Shown piece after piece: positions 39,390 to 49,712 of a stretch of DNA of 64,000 nucleotides. Position 1 is the first letter of the stretch. Each line of letters opens with the position of its first letter. Source of the stretch: Syntrophorhabdaceae bacterium (GTDB taxonomy: Bacteria > Desulfobacterota > Syntrophorhabdia > Syntrophorhabdales > Syntrophorhabdaceae). The translations under genes were made by a program, and so were the position numbers. Under the pieces are notes generated by a model that was not told where the DNA came from, ran no database searches, and saw only the letters and a program-made list of their open reading frames with translations. The stretch spans positions 1,152,001 through 1,216,000 of the forward strand of contig OY762209.1 in NCBI GenBank assembly GCA_963665295.1, in the 5' to 3' direction.

Positions 39390-40827
39390 GCCGCTTGTCG
39401 GTCCATGCGAATTTCAGGAACGCCATGAGATGGGAGACGAACCGTATCCAGCTATCGGGTGAGCGCCATATCATGGTGAAATAATGCCAGATCCCCTTGG
39501 GCCTCAAGATGTGCTTCCGGTAGAACAGGGTGAAGAGCTTTTCCAGCTTCTCCCGTGTCATTCCCGCGGGTATGAACTGAAAATGCATGCAGTCCATCTT
39601 CTCCCAGTCCTCGTCAAAGGCCCCATAGTCCCCTATGTTCTTATAGAGGGCGGACCCGGGAAAGGGTGTGAATTTCGATACGTTGATATAATCGATGGGG
39701 AGGGAAAAGACATAGTCCATGCTCTTCTTCACGCTTTCCTGCGTCTCCCCGGGTAATCCCATCATCATGAGCCCCTTGACCAGAATCCCCGCTTTCTTGA
39801 TGAGCCTCACCTTGTCCGCCACAAGGTCGAGTTTGACATTATTCCGATGCTGGGAAAGGAGTTCTTCATCTCCATTCTCGATGCCCAGGCTGATCATCCA
39901 GCACCCTGCGGCCTTGAGCCGTTCCAGGAGGTCAAGGTCGATATGGTCCGCCCTCACGGCACAGTTAAAGGTCATTCCCGGGGGATGGTCGATCATCATG
40001 CGGGTAAAAGCCTCCACCCTCTTCCGGTGAAAGGTGAACTGGTCGTCGTAAAGGTTGACGTGCCGTATCCCGAAGCGCCCTTTCAGGTACCGCAGGTGCT
40101 CATAGAGATACTCCGCCGAGTTGTACCGGTAGCCTGCGGGAAAGACCGACCTGTCGCAATAGGTGCACCGATACGGGCAGCCGCGGCTCGAAGTGCAACT
40201 GGAGTTGGGGGTGTGGGGGTAGTTGAAGATGGGAAGCCTGTATGTCTCCGGATAGCCGTCGAGTTCTTCATATGCAGGAAAGGGGAGGGTGTCGAGGTCA
40301 AGAAGGGGGGAACGGTAGCCCGTAAAGCGGACATCGCCCGAAGCCTCCCTGTAAAGCAGGCCCCCGATTGAAGAAACCCCTTCTCCTTCGGCCTGAATGA
40401 GTTCCGTCATGGTCATTTCTCCTTCGCCCACAACGGCAAAGTCGATGACAGGGAACGAGTCGAGGGCCTCTTCCTTCAGGGCCGACACATGGTGGCCTCC
40501 GAATACCGTTTTTATCCCGGGCAGAACGTTCTTCGCCCTCTCCGCGATGCGGAGTCCGTCACGGAAGTTCGCGGTGGCACAACTGAATCCGATGAAGGCG
40601 GGCCTCGCGTCTCTCAGGTATTCATCAATAAGGTGACCCGAATGCGGCTTGGCGTAGCAATCCATGATCTTCCCTTCGATCCCTCTTTCTTTCAAATAGG
40701 AAGCGATGCTCGCAAGCCCCAGGGGGGGCATGATGTTGGCCATCCTTGAAATATCTCCGCCTGCGGCGTCGGTGTGATAGCCGAGGGGATGGATAAGAAG
40801 CACTTTCTTGAAGTCGAGAACGGTCAT
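39382..40827 (-). CDS. B12-binding radical SAM protein
   Basis: PPLGLA, FGGHH, VGEGE, SRGCPYRCTYC and TPFPGS. Confidence 0.92.
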   Translation of the reverse strand: MTVLDFKKVLLIHPLGYHTDAAGGDISRMANIMPPLGLASIASYLKERGIEGKIMDCYAKPHSGHLIDEYLRDARPAFIGFSCATANFRDGLRIAERAKNVLPGIKTVFGGHHVSALKEEALDSFPVIDFAVVGEGEMTMTELIQAEGEGVSSIGGLLYREASGDVRFTGYRSPLLDLDTLPFPAYEELDGYPETYRLPIFNYPHTPNSSCTSSRGCPYRCTYCDRSVFPAGYRYNSAEYLYEHLRYLKGRFGIRHVNLYDDQFTFHRKRVEAFTRMMIDHPPGMTFNCAVRADHIDLDLLERLKAAGCWMISLGIENGDEELLSQHRNNVKLDLVADKVRLIKKAGILVKGLMMMGLPGETQESVKKSMDYVFSLPIDYINVSKFTPFPGSALYKNIGDYGAFDEDWEKMDCMHFQFIPAGMTREKLEKLFTLFYRKHILRPKGIWHYFTMIWRSPDSWIRFVSHLMAFLKFAWTDKRHG

Positions 40828-40831
40828 GATG

Positions 40832-42196
40832 TCAGTGTCTGGACAAGGGTTGTCGAAAAGAAATGAGTCTCTGCCACGGGGGACCCCGATGGCCGAAACG
40901 GTACATGATGTCGAGTTTTGACTGAAACGATGAGGGAGGGAATATGCGGTCCCTCCGGCCCCTGAAGGCATTCTCAAGGGTTTCGTTCATGCGCGCCGCA
41001 TCTATGTCCGGAGAAAAATAGAATACAGGCTTCAAAAGGGGGTCTTCTTCTCCCACCACGCCTTTCTCTACGGACAATCCGTGGAGGGCGGCGCCCGGAT
41101 AGATGCGTACCCCCGAGAACGCAAGGACCACGCAGTCCCTGAGGGACGTCATATTGCTCAGTCCTTCTCCGAGGCTACGCTCCGTTTCTCCCGGACCCCC
41201 GAACATTACGTAGTGGACACAGGGGGTCTTCTCGTCAACGCACGCGTCATTGAAATGAACCACATCGTCGAAACAGAATGGCTTGTTGAGGCCCTGGAGG
41301 GTCGTGTCGCTTGCCGCATCCGTACCTGTTTCCACAGCCGCGAGTCCCGAGCGCTTCAACAATCGCAGGTCTTTGCCGTGGAGCCCCCGGGGCTGAAAAA
41401 ACGCGGACCATTCGATGCGGATTTCCCGGCGCACCATCTCCTCGACAATCTCGAGATAGTTGCCTTCACCGTCATTGAACACCGAGTCGGTGAAGAACAC
41501 ACTCTCAACATGGTGATCTTTTTGCAGTTGCAGGATATCTTCTATCACGGACCCCGGTTCTCTGCACCGGTAGGTCGTCCCTTCCACAGCCGGATAGGTG
41601 CAATAAATGCAATTGTACGGGCAGCCGCGCTTGGTGTGAAGACCGACCACCCCGCTCTTCTTTACATAGTATTTGATCAGTTTCCTGTCCCAGAGGGGTC
41701 GGAACACCATGTCTCCGGGGCCGGCCGTTTCCGCGTTTCGCGAGATGGCCTGCGCCGGCTCTCCGCTCTCTATCTTCGCGATGAGAGCGTTGAAGAGAAT
41801 CCCCCCTTCTCCTACGATCCCGTAATCTCCCCCTACATAGGCGAGGATATCCTCGGGCATGATGGAAAAGGCCGATCCGCCCAAAACCACGGGGGCCCGC
41901 GTCACCTTCCTGATGATTTCTATCAATGCCCGCACTGAGGTGAGGGTCCAGGCATCCTCCGCCGTAAAGGAATCGACGTTGTCGATATTGCGGAGCGACA
42001 GGCCGACAACATCGGGCTTGAATGCCCTGATCGCATTGCCGAGCCTTTCGGAGTCGCCCTTTTCAGCGAGGAGATCGAACTGTTTTACCCTGTGTCCCCG
42101 GGAGGTCAGGGCAGAGGCAACTACCGCCATCCCCAGGGGGTATACCGGGTAAGGCCCGGTCATGGTGTTGGTGGAAAGGAGAAATACCCTGCTCAC
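40832..42196 (-). CDS. lipid-biosynthesis B12-binding radical SAM protein (type seen in ladderane-like clusters)
   Basis: PYPVYPLG, SLRNIDN, KRGCPYNCIYC, FTDSVFN and GVRIYPG. Confidence 0.88.
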   Translation of the reverse strand: MSRVFLLSTNTMTGPYPVYPLGMAVVASALTSRGHRVKQFDLLAEKGDSERLGNAIRAFKPDVVGLSLRNIDNVDSFTAEDAWTLTSVRALIEIIRKVTRAPVVLGGSAFSIMPEDILAYVGGDYGIVGEGGILFNALIAKIESGEPAQAISRNAETAGPGDMVFRPLWDRKLIKYYVKKSGVVGLHTKRGCPYNCIYCTYPAVEGTTYRCREPGSVIEDILQLQKDHHVESVFFTDSVFNDGEGNYLEIVEEMVRREIRIEWSAFFQPRGLHGKDLRLLKRSGLAAVETGTDAASDTTLQGLNKPFCFDDVVHFNDACVDEKTPCVHYVMFGGPGETERSLGEGLSNMTSLRDCVVLAFSGVRIYPGAALHGLSVEKGVVGEEDPLLKPVFYFSPDIDAARMNETLENAFRGRRDRIFPPSSFQSKLDIMYRFGHRGPPWQRLISFRQPLSRH

Positions 42197-43458
42197 CCGT
42201 TCGTCCTTGGGGCCCCGAAGGAGCGCTTTTTCCGCGTGTCGTACCTCCGGTATGTCCCGTCGTCCATTTCCCGGCGGATGATCTTTTTGAACAGCTCACC
42301 CATCTTAAGCTGGTAGCCGCCTCCCGCGTAAAAGGTGTCCCATGCGTAACGATACATTTCAAGGAGCTTTTCGGGAGTCATCAATTTTGGTTGAAAAACC
42401 ACCTTATCCGCCGTGTAATCGATCCAGTTGTTGCTCAGGATCCTTCCTTCTCCTTCAAGGCGATCCCGTATCGGGGAATGGGGGAAGGGGGTCAGGATGG
42501 TGAACTCCGCCATATCGAGGTCTATCTCAAGAAGGAAATCCACCAGCCTCTTGATGTAATCTTCGTCCTGTTCGTCGGTCCCGAGGATGATGGTCCCCTC
42601 GACGCCGATGCCGTAGTCTTTCAGTCTTCTGACTCTGGTCCGGATCACGTCCGATGTATCGAAGATGGCCTGATACACATACCAGCTCCCTGCCTCCGCC
42701 GCAAGGCTCAACACCTTGTCGTCATCCAGAATGGGATGGGAGACCCACTTTTTTTTCAGGGGGACCATGGCGGTAAAGAGGTCGATGAGCCACTGCCGGT
42801 CCTGGGACAGGGAATTGTCAACGATGAACATCCTGTTATTGGGGATGGAGGCCATTTCTTCGATGACCATGTCAATCGGCCGCGGGCGGAATTGCCTTCC
42901 TCCGAGAAAACCCGTACAGCACGGAAAACAATTGAACTTGCACCCTCTCGACGCATGGACGAGATCGAACATCTGGACGCCCCGGTAGTTGTAAAGGGAA
43001 CGGTCAAGGATCTCCCGCCTCGCCTTTCCCACGAGGTGAATGTCCGGGTAGGCGGTCATGTAGTCATAGATCTTCCTGAGCCTTCCCCTCTTGAAGTCTT
43101 CGAGCACCCCGGCGAACCTGCCCTCCACCTCGCCGATGAACACGCTGTCCGCATGGTGCACGACCTCTTCGCTGTGGAGCATTACCGCGATCCCGCCGAA
43201 TATGACGGGAATCCCCATCTTTCTGTAGACGCGGGATATCTCGTAGGCCCTCGGGAGCTGGCTGGTGAGCATCACCGATAGGGCGACAAGATCGGGACCC
43301 GCATCAAAGGTTATCTCCTGGACGTTGTCGTCGATGAAGGTGATGTCAACCTCGGGGGGAACCTCTGCGGCAAAGACCGCCGGGCCGTGGGGCGGCAGGT
43401 GGAACTCCGTTTGTCCTTCCAGCTTGGGCCAGGACGGGTAGATGAGCGTCATCTTCAT
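42193..43458 (-). CDS. B12-binding radical SAM protein
   Basis: PPHGP, IFGG, SRGCKFNCFPC and LTPFP. Confidence 0.88.
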   Translation of the reverse strand: MKMTLIYPSWPKLEGQTEFHLPPHGPAVFAAEVPPEVDITFIDDNVQEITFDAGPDLVALSVMLTSQLPRAYEISRVYRKMGIPVIFGGIAVMLHSEEVVHHADSVFIGEVEGRFAGVLEDFKRGRLRKIYDYMTAYPDIHLVGKARREILDRSLYNYRGVQMFDLVHASRGCKFNCFPCCTGFLGGRQFRPRPIDMVIEEMASIPNNRMFIVDNSLSQDRQWLIDLFTAMVPLKKKWVSHPILDDDKVLSLAAEAGSWYVYQAIFDTSDVIRTRVRRLKDYGIGVEGTIILGTDEQDEDYIKRLVDFLLEIDLDMAEFTILTPFPHSPIRDRLEGEGRILSNNWIDYTADKVVFQPKLMTPEKLLEMYRYAWDTFYAGGGYQLKMGELFKKIIRREMDDGTYRRYDTRKKRSFGAPRTNG

Positions 43459-44198
43459 TTGTCTCGATTGCCCCCTTTTTGGTCGCGCATGGATGCAGTA
43501 CACATGCTCGCAAGATTATTCAGGTCTTCTACCTGTACTCCATTGAACAGGGTAGCACCCTCCCCGTTTTGCGTCAATGCGCCGTACGAGGGGCCCCGGT
43601 CGGATATCCCGTCCTGTATTACAAAAAAGAGCGCCCCCGGAGCGCCGCTGCCTGTTCCGGCAAGCGACGGGGGAATCCCGACGTCGCACACGCCCGCCAC
43701 AGCCGTAGCATATTCCCCGCCCGCGATGCCGCTCATGGCCATGCGCAAACCCTGGAGGCCTGAAAGCGTTGGTTCACAGAGGACAAAGCCCGGGCCCGTG
43801 AGTCCGAAGTGGACTGCCGCTTCTCCGAGATACGTATTCGCAAGGGTGTAGGCAAAAAGGTTGGGGCTTGCGAGGCGGCCCCCTTCGGGAATAACCGTAT
43901 CGTAGTAGTCATTGTCCAGGCTCAGGCATCCGTAAACCGTGGAAGCGATAACGGCGATGTCCCGCGGGTTCGACCATTCGTCGAGTCCCGCATCCTTAAG
44001 GGCGAAGGATATGGCGGATACGCCGAGACGGGAATAGGCATCCATCCTGCCGAACCGCGGGAAGGGCCTGGAGGAGACATCCTTTCGCGAGAGCTTCGGC
44101 AATGGTCCGTCACCGCCCGCGAGGAAGGGAACCTGTCTTCCGCATCCCGCCCCTGCGGCATTGATCCAGCCCACACCAATGAGTTCGACTCTCAGCAT
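43455..44198 (-). CDS. short ketosynthase N-terminal domain protein (chain-length-factor-like)
   Basis: FGRMD and ASPNLFAYTLAN; no catalytic triad; follows a KS gene. Confidence 0.78.
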   Translation of the reverse strand: MLRVELIGVGWINAAGAGCGRQVPFLAGGDGPLPKLSRKDVSSRPFPRFGRMDAYSRLGVSAISFALKDAGLDEWSNPRDIAVIASTVYGCLSLDNDYYDTVIPEGGRLASPNLFAYTLANTYLGEAAVHFGLTGPGFVLCEPTLSGLQGLRMAMSGIAGGEYATAVAGVCDVGIPPSLAGTGSGAPGALFFVIQDGISDRGPSYGALTQNGEGATLFNGVQVEDLNNLASMCTASMRDQKGGNRDK

Positions 44199-45325
44199 GA
44201 TCCTCCCCGCTTAAGCAGGATTGCCGCATTGATCCCGCCAAATCCGGAGTTCGTGGTGAGAAGGCAGTCGCCCGCCATGGAGACGGGTTCCGAGCCGACA
44301 AGGCCTTCCGCGCCCTCCTCGGGATTGACAAGACCGACAGTGGGCGGAATCGTGTATTCGGCGAGGGCCTTCGTCCCCAGGGCGACCTCGATGCCCCCTG
44401 CCGCGCCGAAAGTGTGCCCTATACACCCTTTTACAGAGTAGAGGGGCGGGCAATCGCTGCCGAAGATTATGTGAAAAGCGGTAAGTTCCATGAGGTCGTT
44501 CTGATAGGTTCCGGTTCCGTGGGCGCTTATGCCTGCGATATCACGGCGATCCATCCCTGCCCGGGCAATTGCTTTGGAGACTGCCTTGACGAGGCCTGAG
44601 CCTTTGGCGTCCGGGGCCGTCACATGAAAGGCATCGTTGGCTACGCCGAAGCCTTTCACGGTACACATGGGGGAATAGCCTTCCCGCCGGGCACAGGTTG
44701 AGCTCATGAGCAGGAGAAATGCCGCCCCCTCTCCGGGGGAGAGGCCTGCCCGGTCCCTGTCGAAGGGTTTGCATGGCACGGGCGAGAGGGCCTGAAGCGC
44801 GGAAAAACCCGAAAATATGAATTCCGTAACCCCATCCGCACAGCAGATAAGCACTGATTCCGCGCTTCCCGATGCGATCATGGCTGCCCCCTCCGCCACT
44901 GCAATCGTGGAAGACGCGCACGCCGCGCTTATGGTTATTACGACGCCGGAGAGACCCAGTCTCGCCGACACCCTTTCCCCTATGGATGACGGAAGAATCT
45001 CGCCCGGGTTGGAGGCAAGGCCCCGTTTCATCTTTTGCAGGTTATCGATGCCTGCCTTTGTGGTAGCGGCGATGACCAGGGAACCGGCGGGAACCCTCGT
45101 GATCTGACCGAGGAGCATGTCCACTATCGCCGAAACCAGAGAGCCCGGTCCTTCGGCTTCCAGACCGGGGATGATTCCACCCACCGTGCTGCGGTAGGCC
45201 TCTACGGGAAAGCGGTCTATTTCACTTATCGCCGTCTTGCCGGACAGCATCTTGAGCCACGTGGCGTCGAGGCTGTTCCCTGCCGACGTCACCATGCCGA
45301 CGTCCGTGATCCAGACTTCCCTCAA
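44192..45325 (-). CDS. beta-ketoacyl-ACP synthase
   Basis: AACASS, AHGTGT, KGCIGHTFGA and SGFGG. The start is uncertain (45325-45355). Confidence 0.9.
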   Translation of the reverse strand: MREVWITDVGMVTSAGNSLDATWLKMLSGKTAISEIDRFPVEAYRSTVGGIIPGLEAEGPGSLVSAIVDMLLGQITRVPAGSLVIAATTKAGIDNLQKMKRGLASNPGEILPSSIGERVSARLGLSGVVITISAACASSTIAVAEGAAMIASGSAESVLICCADGVTEFIFSGFSALQALSPVPCKPFDRDRAGLSPGEGAAFLLLMSSTCARREGYSPMCTVKGFGVANDAFHVTAPDAKGSGLVKAVSKAIARAGMDRRDIAGISAHGTGTYQNDLMELTAFHIIFGSDCPPLYSVKGCIGHTFGAAGGIEVALGTKALAEYTIPPTVGLVNPEEGAEGLVGSEPVSMAGDCLLTTNSGFGGINAAILLKRGGSC

Positions 45326-45783
45326 TGGAACTGGCCCGCCTTCCACTTTTCGCAAAATTCCCGGTAAAAGGGAGGCGGAATGAGAAGGAGATTGCCATCC
45401 ATATCGAGCATTATCTGCACCGTGTAGCCCGTGGTGGCCAGGAGGCCCTCCTTGTCGCGTATCACGTACTCAATATCGATGCGCGCCGCCTCGGTCCAGT
45501 GGAGAATGCTTTCGATGGTAAAATTATCCAGATATCTCAAGGGCCGGTGATAGTCCGAATGCATGATTCTTATTGGGGCGATCACGCCATTCCGGACAAG
45601 GTCCGGATAGCCGAGGCCATACCTTTCCCCCGCCGCGCAGCGCGCGTCTTCAAAATAGCTCGCATACCGGCCATGCCAGACAATGCCGAGGGGATCGGTC
45701 TCTTCGAATCGTACCCGCCTCTCCACGGTGGTCCTGAGCGGCGCGGGAGAACCTTTCCTGACAGGAAAATATGGTTTACGCAT
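45322..45783 (-). CDS. acyl-CoA/ACP thioesterase (4HBT hotdog fold)
   Basis: VRFEETDPLGIVWHGRYASYFE. Confidence 0.9.
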   Translation of the reverse strand: MRKPYFPVRKGSPAPLRTTVERRVRFEETDPLGIVWHGRYASYFEDARCAAGERYGLGYPDLVRNGVIAPIRIMHSDYHRPLRYLDNFTIESILHWTEAARIDIEYVIRDKEGLLATTGYTVQIMLDMDGNLLLIPPPFYREFCEKWKAGQFH

Positions 45784-45795
45784 AATTCTTACCCC

Positions 45796-46206
45796 TTATG
45801 AAGTGGTGTCTAAATTTTCTATTGCGTCCTGTTCCGTGCGGCGTACGGTAAGGAGCAAAGAGGCGGCGAGGCTTTCAGCAACGGAAAGGGTTACCTCGAT
45901 GCCTGTCGCTCCCCTGACGGCACGCTCGCGATACCGCACCTCCACTTCCCGGTCGGGGTGGATTTCGGTGCGAAACTTGGCCTTGACAATGGAAACAAGT
46001 GTGAGCCCGCGCCCCTCAACCTCTTCCGCCATGGAAAGGGCGGTGAGCACCTGGAGAAACGCGGGAAGGACCGGGTAGCCGGGAAAGTGGCCCGAAAAGC
46101 CTATGAAATCAGGGGCAAAGGAATAGGACTTCACGAAAATGCCCCCTTCCGTCTCCTTTGCAGGGCCTATTGCCGATAAAGAAATGGCGGTCTTGAGTTT
46201 ATCCAT
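45796..46206 (-). CDS. FabA/FabZ-like dehydratase (ApeI-like)
   Basis: FSGHFPGYPVLP and KAKF...I.P. Confidence 0.85.
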   Translation of the reverse strand: MDKLKTAISLSAIGPAKETEGGIFVKSYSFAPDFIGFSGHFPGYPVLPAFLQVLTALSMAEEVEGRGLTLVSIVKAKFRTEIHPDREVEVRYRERAVRGATGIEVTLSVAESLAASLLLTVRRTEQDAIENLDTTS

Positions 46207-48607
46207 TTTCCGGGCAGGACTCCCGCTCGGTCCTCCGCGAATGATAGAGGGCAGGTATGACAAAAAGGGCGGAGGGTATGGCGCCGCACATGCCGAGAAG
46301 CACTGATATTCCGATGGAGTACAGGGCGGGGTGGCGGGCAAGGGCAAGGGCGCCCATACCCACAAGGCTCGTGAGTCCGCCGAGGAGCACCGCCATGCTC
46401 GTATTGTGATCGTTTCCTTCAGAAATCCGGCTCACCATGAAGATGCCGAGGTCCACACTCAAGCCGATCACCAGGATCGTCGCGATGATGTTGAAGAGGT
46501 TGAACTCGATGCCCCTCCACCCCATGGCGCCGAACATAAAAAGGAGGCCTGCGGCAACAGGAACGGCGGCGTAAAGCACTTTTGCCGGCGAGCGGAAGAC
46601 CATGCAGAGAAAGACGACTATCACGATCGATGCAACGATGATGTACCTGACGAAATTGTTCACCATGGCCCTGCTGATGGTATCATTGAAGCGGGTATTC
46701 GACACAAAGCGCTCCACGAAAGGCGTACGTGCCCGATCCTTGAAGAGCGCGGCCACTTCCGGGGTATCGGGCACCAGGGTGAGGACTCGCCGGCCGGGGC
46801 CGTCACGGATGATCATGGAGTCTATCAGATCGCCAAACCCGGCTTTTCTGAGGCCCTCCATGGTGACCGGGGCGGGCTTGACTTTAAGCCTTTCCAGAAA
46901 AGCCTCGAAGGCCTGCGGGGTGAAGCCTTCCTTTGCGCCCTCCCGTTCAATAAGCCCTGCCACCATGTTCCTGTTCTCTTGTGACCATTGCCCTTCCCAG
47001 CGCCGCCGGTTCGCCTCCTGGGTTGCCGCCGAAGGGAGGAGGGGGGCGAGACTGATGACCCCATCGTCGGGAATCTTCCCTTTGAGGTATGAGAAGAGCC
47101 GGTCGTTATTCACCAGCGCGGACTCCAGGTCCTTACCTTCCGCAAAGACCATTGCCTTTCCGCGGAAATCTCCCCAGGTCTGTTTCAGTTGTTCCTCCAT
47201 CGCGTGTATTGCCCCGGGGATCATGCTTATGGCGCGCATATCTCCGTTGAACCTGATGTGGCTTCCCTGCCACAGGCAGAGCCCCATGAGCAGGAACCAT
47301 CCCGTAATAACGGTACCCCGATAGAGGGGTCCCCTGACAGGGTGAGGGGCGGCGGGAAAGCCTTTCCCCGGCGGCAGGCCCCGGATGAAATGGGGCAGAA
47401 TTATCAGGGAAAAGATGAGGGACGCAATGATACCGATAATGGAAAAGAGCGCAATCTGGCGCTGGCCGGGGAGGTCGGAAAAGAAAAGGGCGCTGAAGGT
47501 CGCCATGGTGGTTACGCCGCTCATAAGAACGGGACGGGAGATCCGGGCAACCGCCTCTCCCTTGTAGTCACCTGTGCCTCTCAGGGAAAAGTACGTGAAT
47601 ATGGGATAATCATCGGCAATTCCCATGAGCACCGAACCAAAGGCGATGGTCACGGCGGAGATGGTGCTGTAGACACACAACACTCCCGCAGTGGCGATGC
47701 AGACTACCGATGTGGGCACCAGAAAGACAAAGATGGCCCTCCAGTTCCGCATGAAAAGAAAAAGGAGCGCGAGAATGGTAACGGATGCACAGGTGAGTAT
47801 CACATAGAGGTCTTCTTTTATGGTCTCTGCGTTGGCGGTGGTGTAGGAGTGGCCGCTTAAGAAGGAAACGGAAATGCCCGGCACGTTATGGGCGTCCACA
47901 ACCTTCTTTGTGTAGGCGACAAGGTTCTTTGCCCCCTCGGCGTCCGTGATCTTGATGGGGGTTTCACCGATGAGAAGGGCATTTTTGCCGTCGGCGCTTA
48001 TGAAATGGTTTTCTTTAAGGACCATTCCCCCGAACATATTCATGGAACGGAGTTTCCCGAGAATGATGAGATAAAACTGAAGGGGGTCCGCCTGAAGCAG
48101 GGGTTTCATGACCCATCCCTGAGGAGAATTGAGGATGGTCCGGATATCATTGAGCCGGGCGTCAACCTTCTCGGGGGTAAGGAGTCCCCTTACCTGTTCC
48201 ATGTCCTTCTCCGTCATAAGCGAGGGGCCGGCCTGGAGGACCCAGGAGAAGAATTCATCGGGCGCCGGCATCTCCGGACCGGCGATCACGCGACTGTAAT
48301 AAGGCGCCTTCAACGCCCCTGCAAGGGCATCAGCGGCTTCCACAAGGGTCTTCCCGTCAACCCCGGGGCCGGCCTTGAGGTTGAACACTATTTTCTGCAT
48401 AAAAGGAGCCTGCTGCAGAAGGCGGAAATCTATCGCCGCGTCCGATGCGCCGTCAGGAAGCAAAGGCTGGACATCCTCGCTGAGTTTGATGCTTTTGAGA
48501 AGGAAGGCGCTTGAAGCCACGACTGCGAAAATTATCGCATACAGGAGTATGCGGCGACGCTCGAAAAACTCGAAAGCCCTCGAAAATATGGCGTAAAAGG
48601 GGGCCAT
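46199..48607 (-). CDS. MMPL/RND-family exporter
   Basis: Two TM clusters with GIADDY and GLSVDLGIF; 802 aa. Confidence 0.88.
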   Translation of the reverse strand: MAPFYAIFSRAFEFFERRRILLYAIIFAVVASSAFLLKSIKLSEDVQPLLPDGASDAAIDFRLLQQAPFMQKIVFNLKAGPGVDGKTLVEAADALAGALKAPYYSRVIAGPEMPAPDEFFSWVLQAGPSLMTEKDMEQVRGLLTPEKVDARLNDIRTILNSPQGWVMKPLLQADPLQFYLIILGKLRSMNMFGGMVLKENHFISADGKNALLIGETPIKITDAEGAKNLVAYTKKVVDAHNVPGISVSFLSGHSYTTANAETIKEDLYVILTCASVTILALLFLFMRNWRAIFVFLVPTSVVCIATAGVLCVYSTISAVTIAFGSVLMGIADDYPIFTYFSLRGTGDYKGEAVARISRPVLMSGVTTMATFSALFFSDLPGQRQIALFSIIGIIASLIFSLIILPHFIRGLPPGKGFPAAPHPVRGPLYRGTVITGWFLLMGLCLWQGSHIRFNGDMRAISMIPGAIHAMEEQLKQTWGDFRGKAMVFAEGKDLESALVNNDRLFSYLKGKIPDDGVISLAPLLPSAATQEANRRRWEGQWSQENRNMVAGLIEREGAKEGFTPQAFEAFLERLKVKPAPVTMEGLRKAGFGDLIDSMIIRDGPGRRVLTLVPDTPEVAALFKDRARTPFVERFVSNTRFNDTISRAMVNNFVRYIIVASIVIVVFLCMVFRSPAKVLYAAVPVAAGLLFMFGAMGWRGIEFNLFNIIATILVIGLSVDLGIFMVSRISEGNDHNTSMAVLLGGLTSLVGMGALALARHPALYSIGISVLLGMCGAIPSALFVIPALYHSRRTERESCPENG

Positions 48608-49269
48608 TACGGGTTAAACAGATCGTGAGGCAACGGTTCGTCCAGGAGGATGTGGGAAAATTTGATACGTACGTAATCCCCGCCTTTCTCGTGTATCTCC
48701 ACTGAACGGACGTGGGACCAATCCTTGGAAAAGGCAATGATGAGGTGGGAGACATACTTTTTTTCCTGGGAGGAAAGGGGATTGAGTTTCAGGGCCGTCG
48801 GCCTGTCTTCCGCCACGGTAATCCTGTACCTCTTTTCGAGCCAGGGGAAATCCGCCCGTGCCCATGCAAATACCTGCTCCACAATGGCCTTTGCCACGGG
48901 CTCCTTCTGTACGTCAAATGTCTCTGCCTTATTGACGTCTCCCTCCCACCGCTTTGCCCTGGTTCCTCGTACCACAAATCCCGCGGGAGACGGTTTTGTG
49001 ATCTCCCAGTAAAGACGATCCGGTTTCTCGTATGCAAACCGTCCGCTCGAAACGAGGGGGTCTTTCAGCATGGACGAATACTTTTCCTGGGTAAAGCCGC
49101 TTGAGATGGTCCGGAGGGCTGTTGCTGCGGCGGCAATACGGGAGAAGGCCTCCGATCTCACGTCCCGCTTCTCCGGCTCATCTTTTGGTTCCGCCGCGAA
49201 TCCGAGGGCCGCCCAAAGGAGCATAGGGATGATAAGGGAAGAGAGATAAAGAAATGTCCTCCTGGTCAT
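48607..49269 (-). CDS. LolA-like periplasmic lipid carrier
   Basis: Signal peptide; FTQEK, SSGRF and PDRLYWE. Confidence 0.85.
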   Translation of the reverse strand: MTRRTFLYLSSLIIPMLLWAALGFAAEPKDEPEKRDVRSEAFSRIAAAATALRTISSGFTQEKYSSMLKDPLVSSGRFAYEKPDRLYWEITKPSPAGFVVRGTRAKRWEGDVNKAETFDVQKEPVAKAIVEQVFAWARADFPWLEKRYRITVAEDRPTALKLNPLSSQEKKYVSHLIIAFSKDWSHVRSVEIHEKGGDYVRIKFSHILLDEPLPHDLFNP

Positions 49270-49712
49270 TGTGCCTCCCTGGGAACCCAGACCATGACGC
49301 TTCCGGAGGCTATTGCCTCTCCTTCCCGCATTACCGTGCCTTCTGCCAGGGCAAATTCGTCCATGTCCCCTGTCTTCCTTATGATGATCGACAATTTGTC
49401 GCCCCCGTGAGCGGTTCCGAACAACTCGAACCTTTTCACCTCCACGAGAAAACCTTTCGCCACCGCTCCCCCTTCCGTGAGGTCCTCATACCCTTTGACT
49501 GCCGCAAAGGATTGAGCGATAAGCTCGACAAACACGGTGGGCTCGACTGAACCGTCATTTCGAAGGAAGATGCTGTCCGGCCTTATGGTCGACTCCGCCA
49601 CGCCGCCGTGGCCCGCCCGGAACCCGGTCAAGCGGTCGATTGCGAGCATAGGCGGCCTCTGAGGCAGCAGCTTCGCGGCTGCGACAGGGAGATCGAGGGG
49701 ATGTCCGCTCAC
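49266..49712 (-). CDS. hotdog-fold dehydratase partner (ApeP-like)
   Basis: LLPQRPPMLAID, ELIAQS and GFLV. Confidence 0.83.
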   Translation of the reverse strand: MSGHPLDLPVAAAKLLPQRPPMLAIDRLTGFRAGHGGVAESTIRPDSIFLRNDGSVEPTVFVELIAQSFAAVKGYEDLTEGGAVAKGFLVEVKRFELFGTAHGGDKLSIIIRKTGDMDEFALAEGTVMREGEAIASGSVMVWVPREAQ

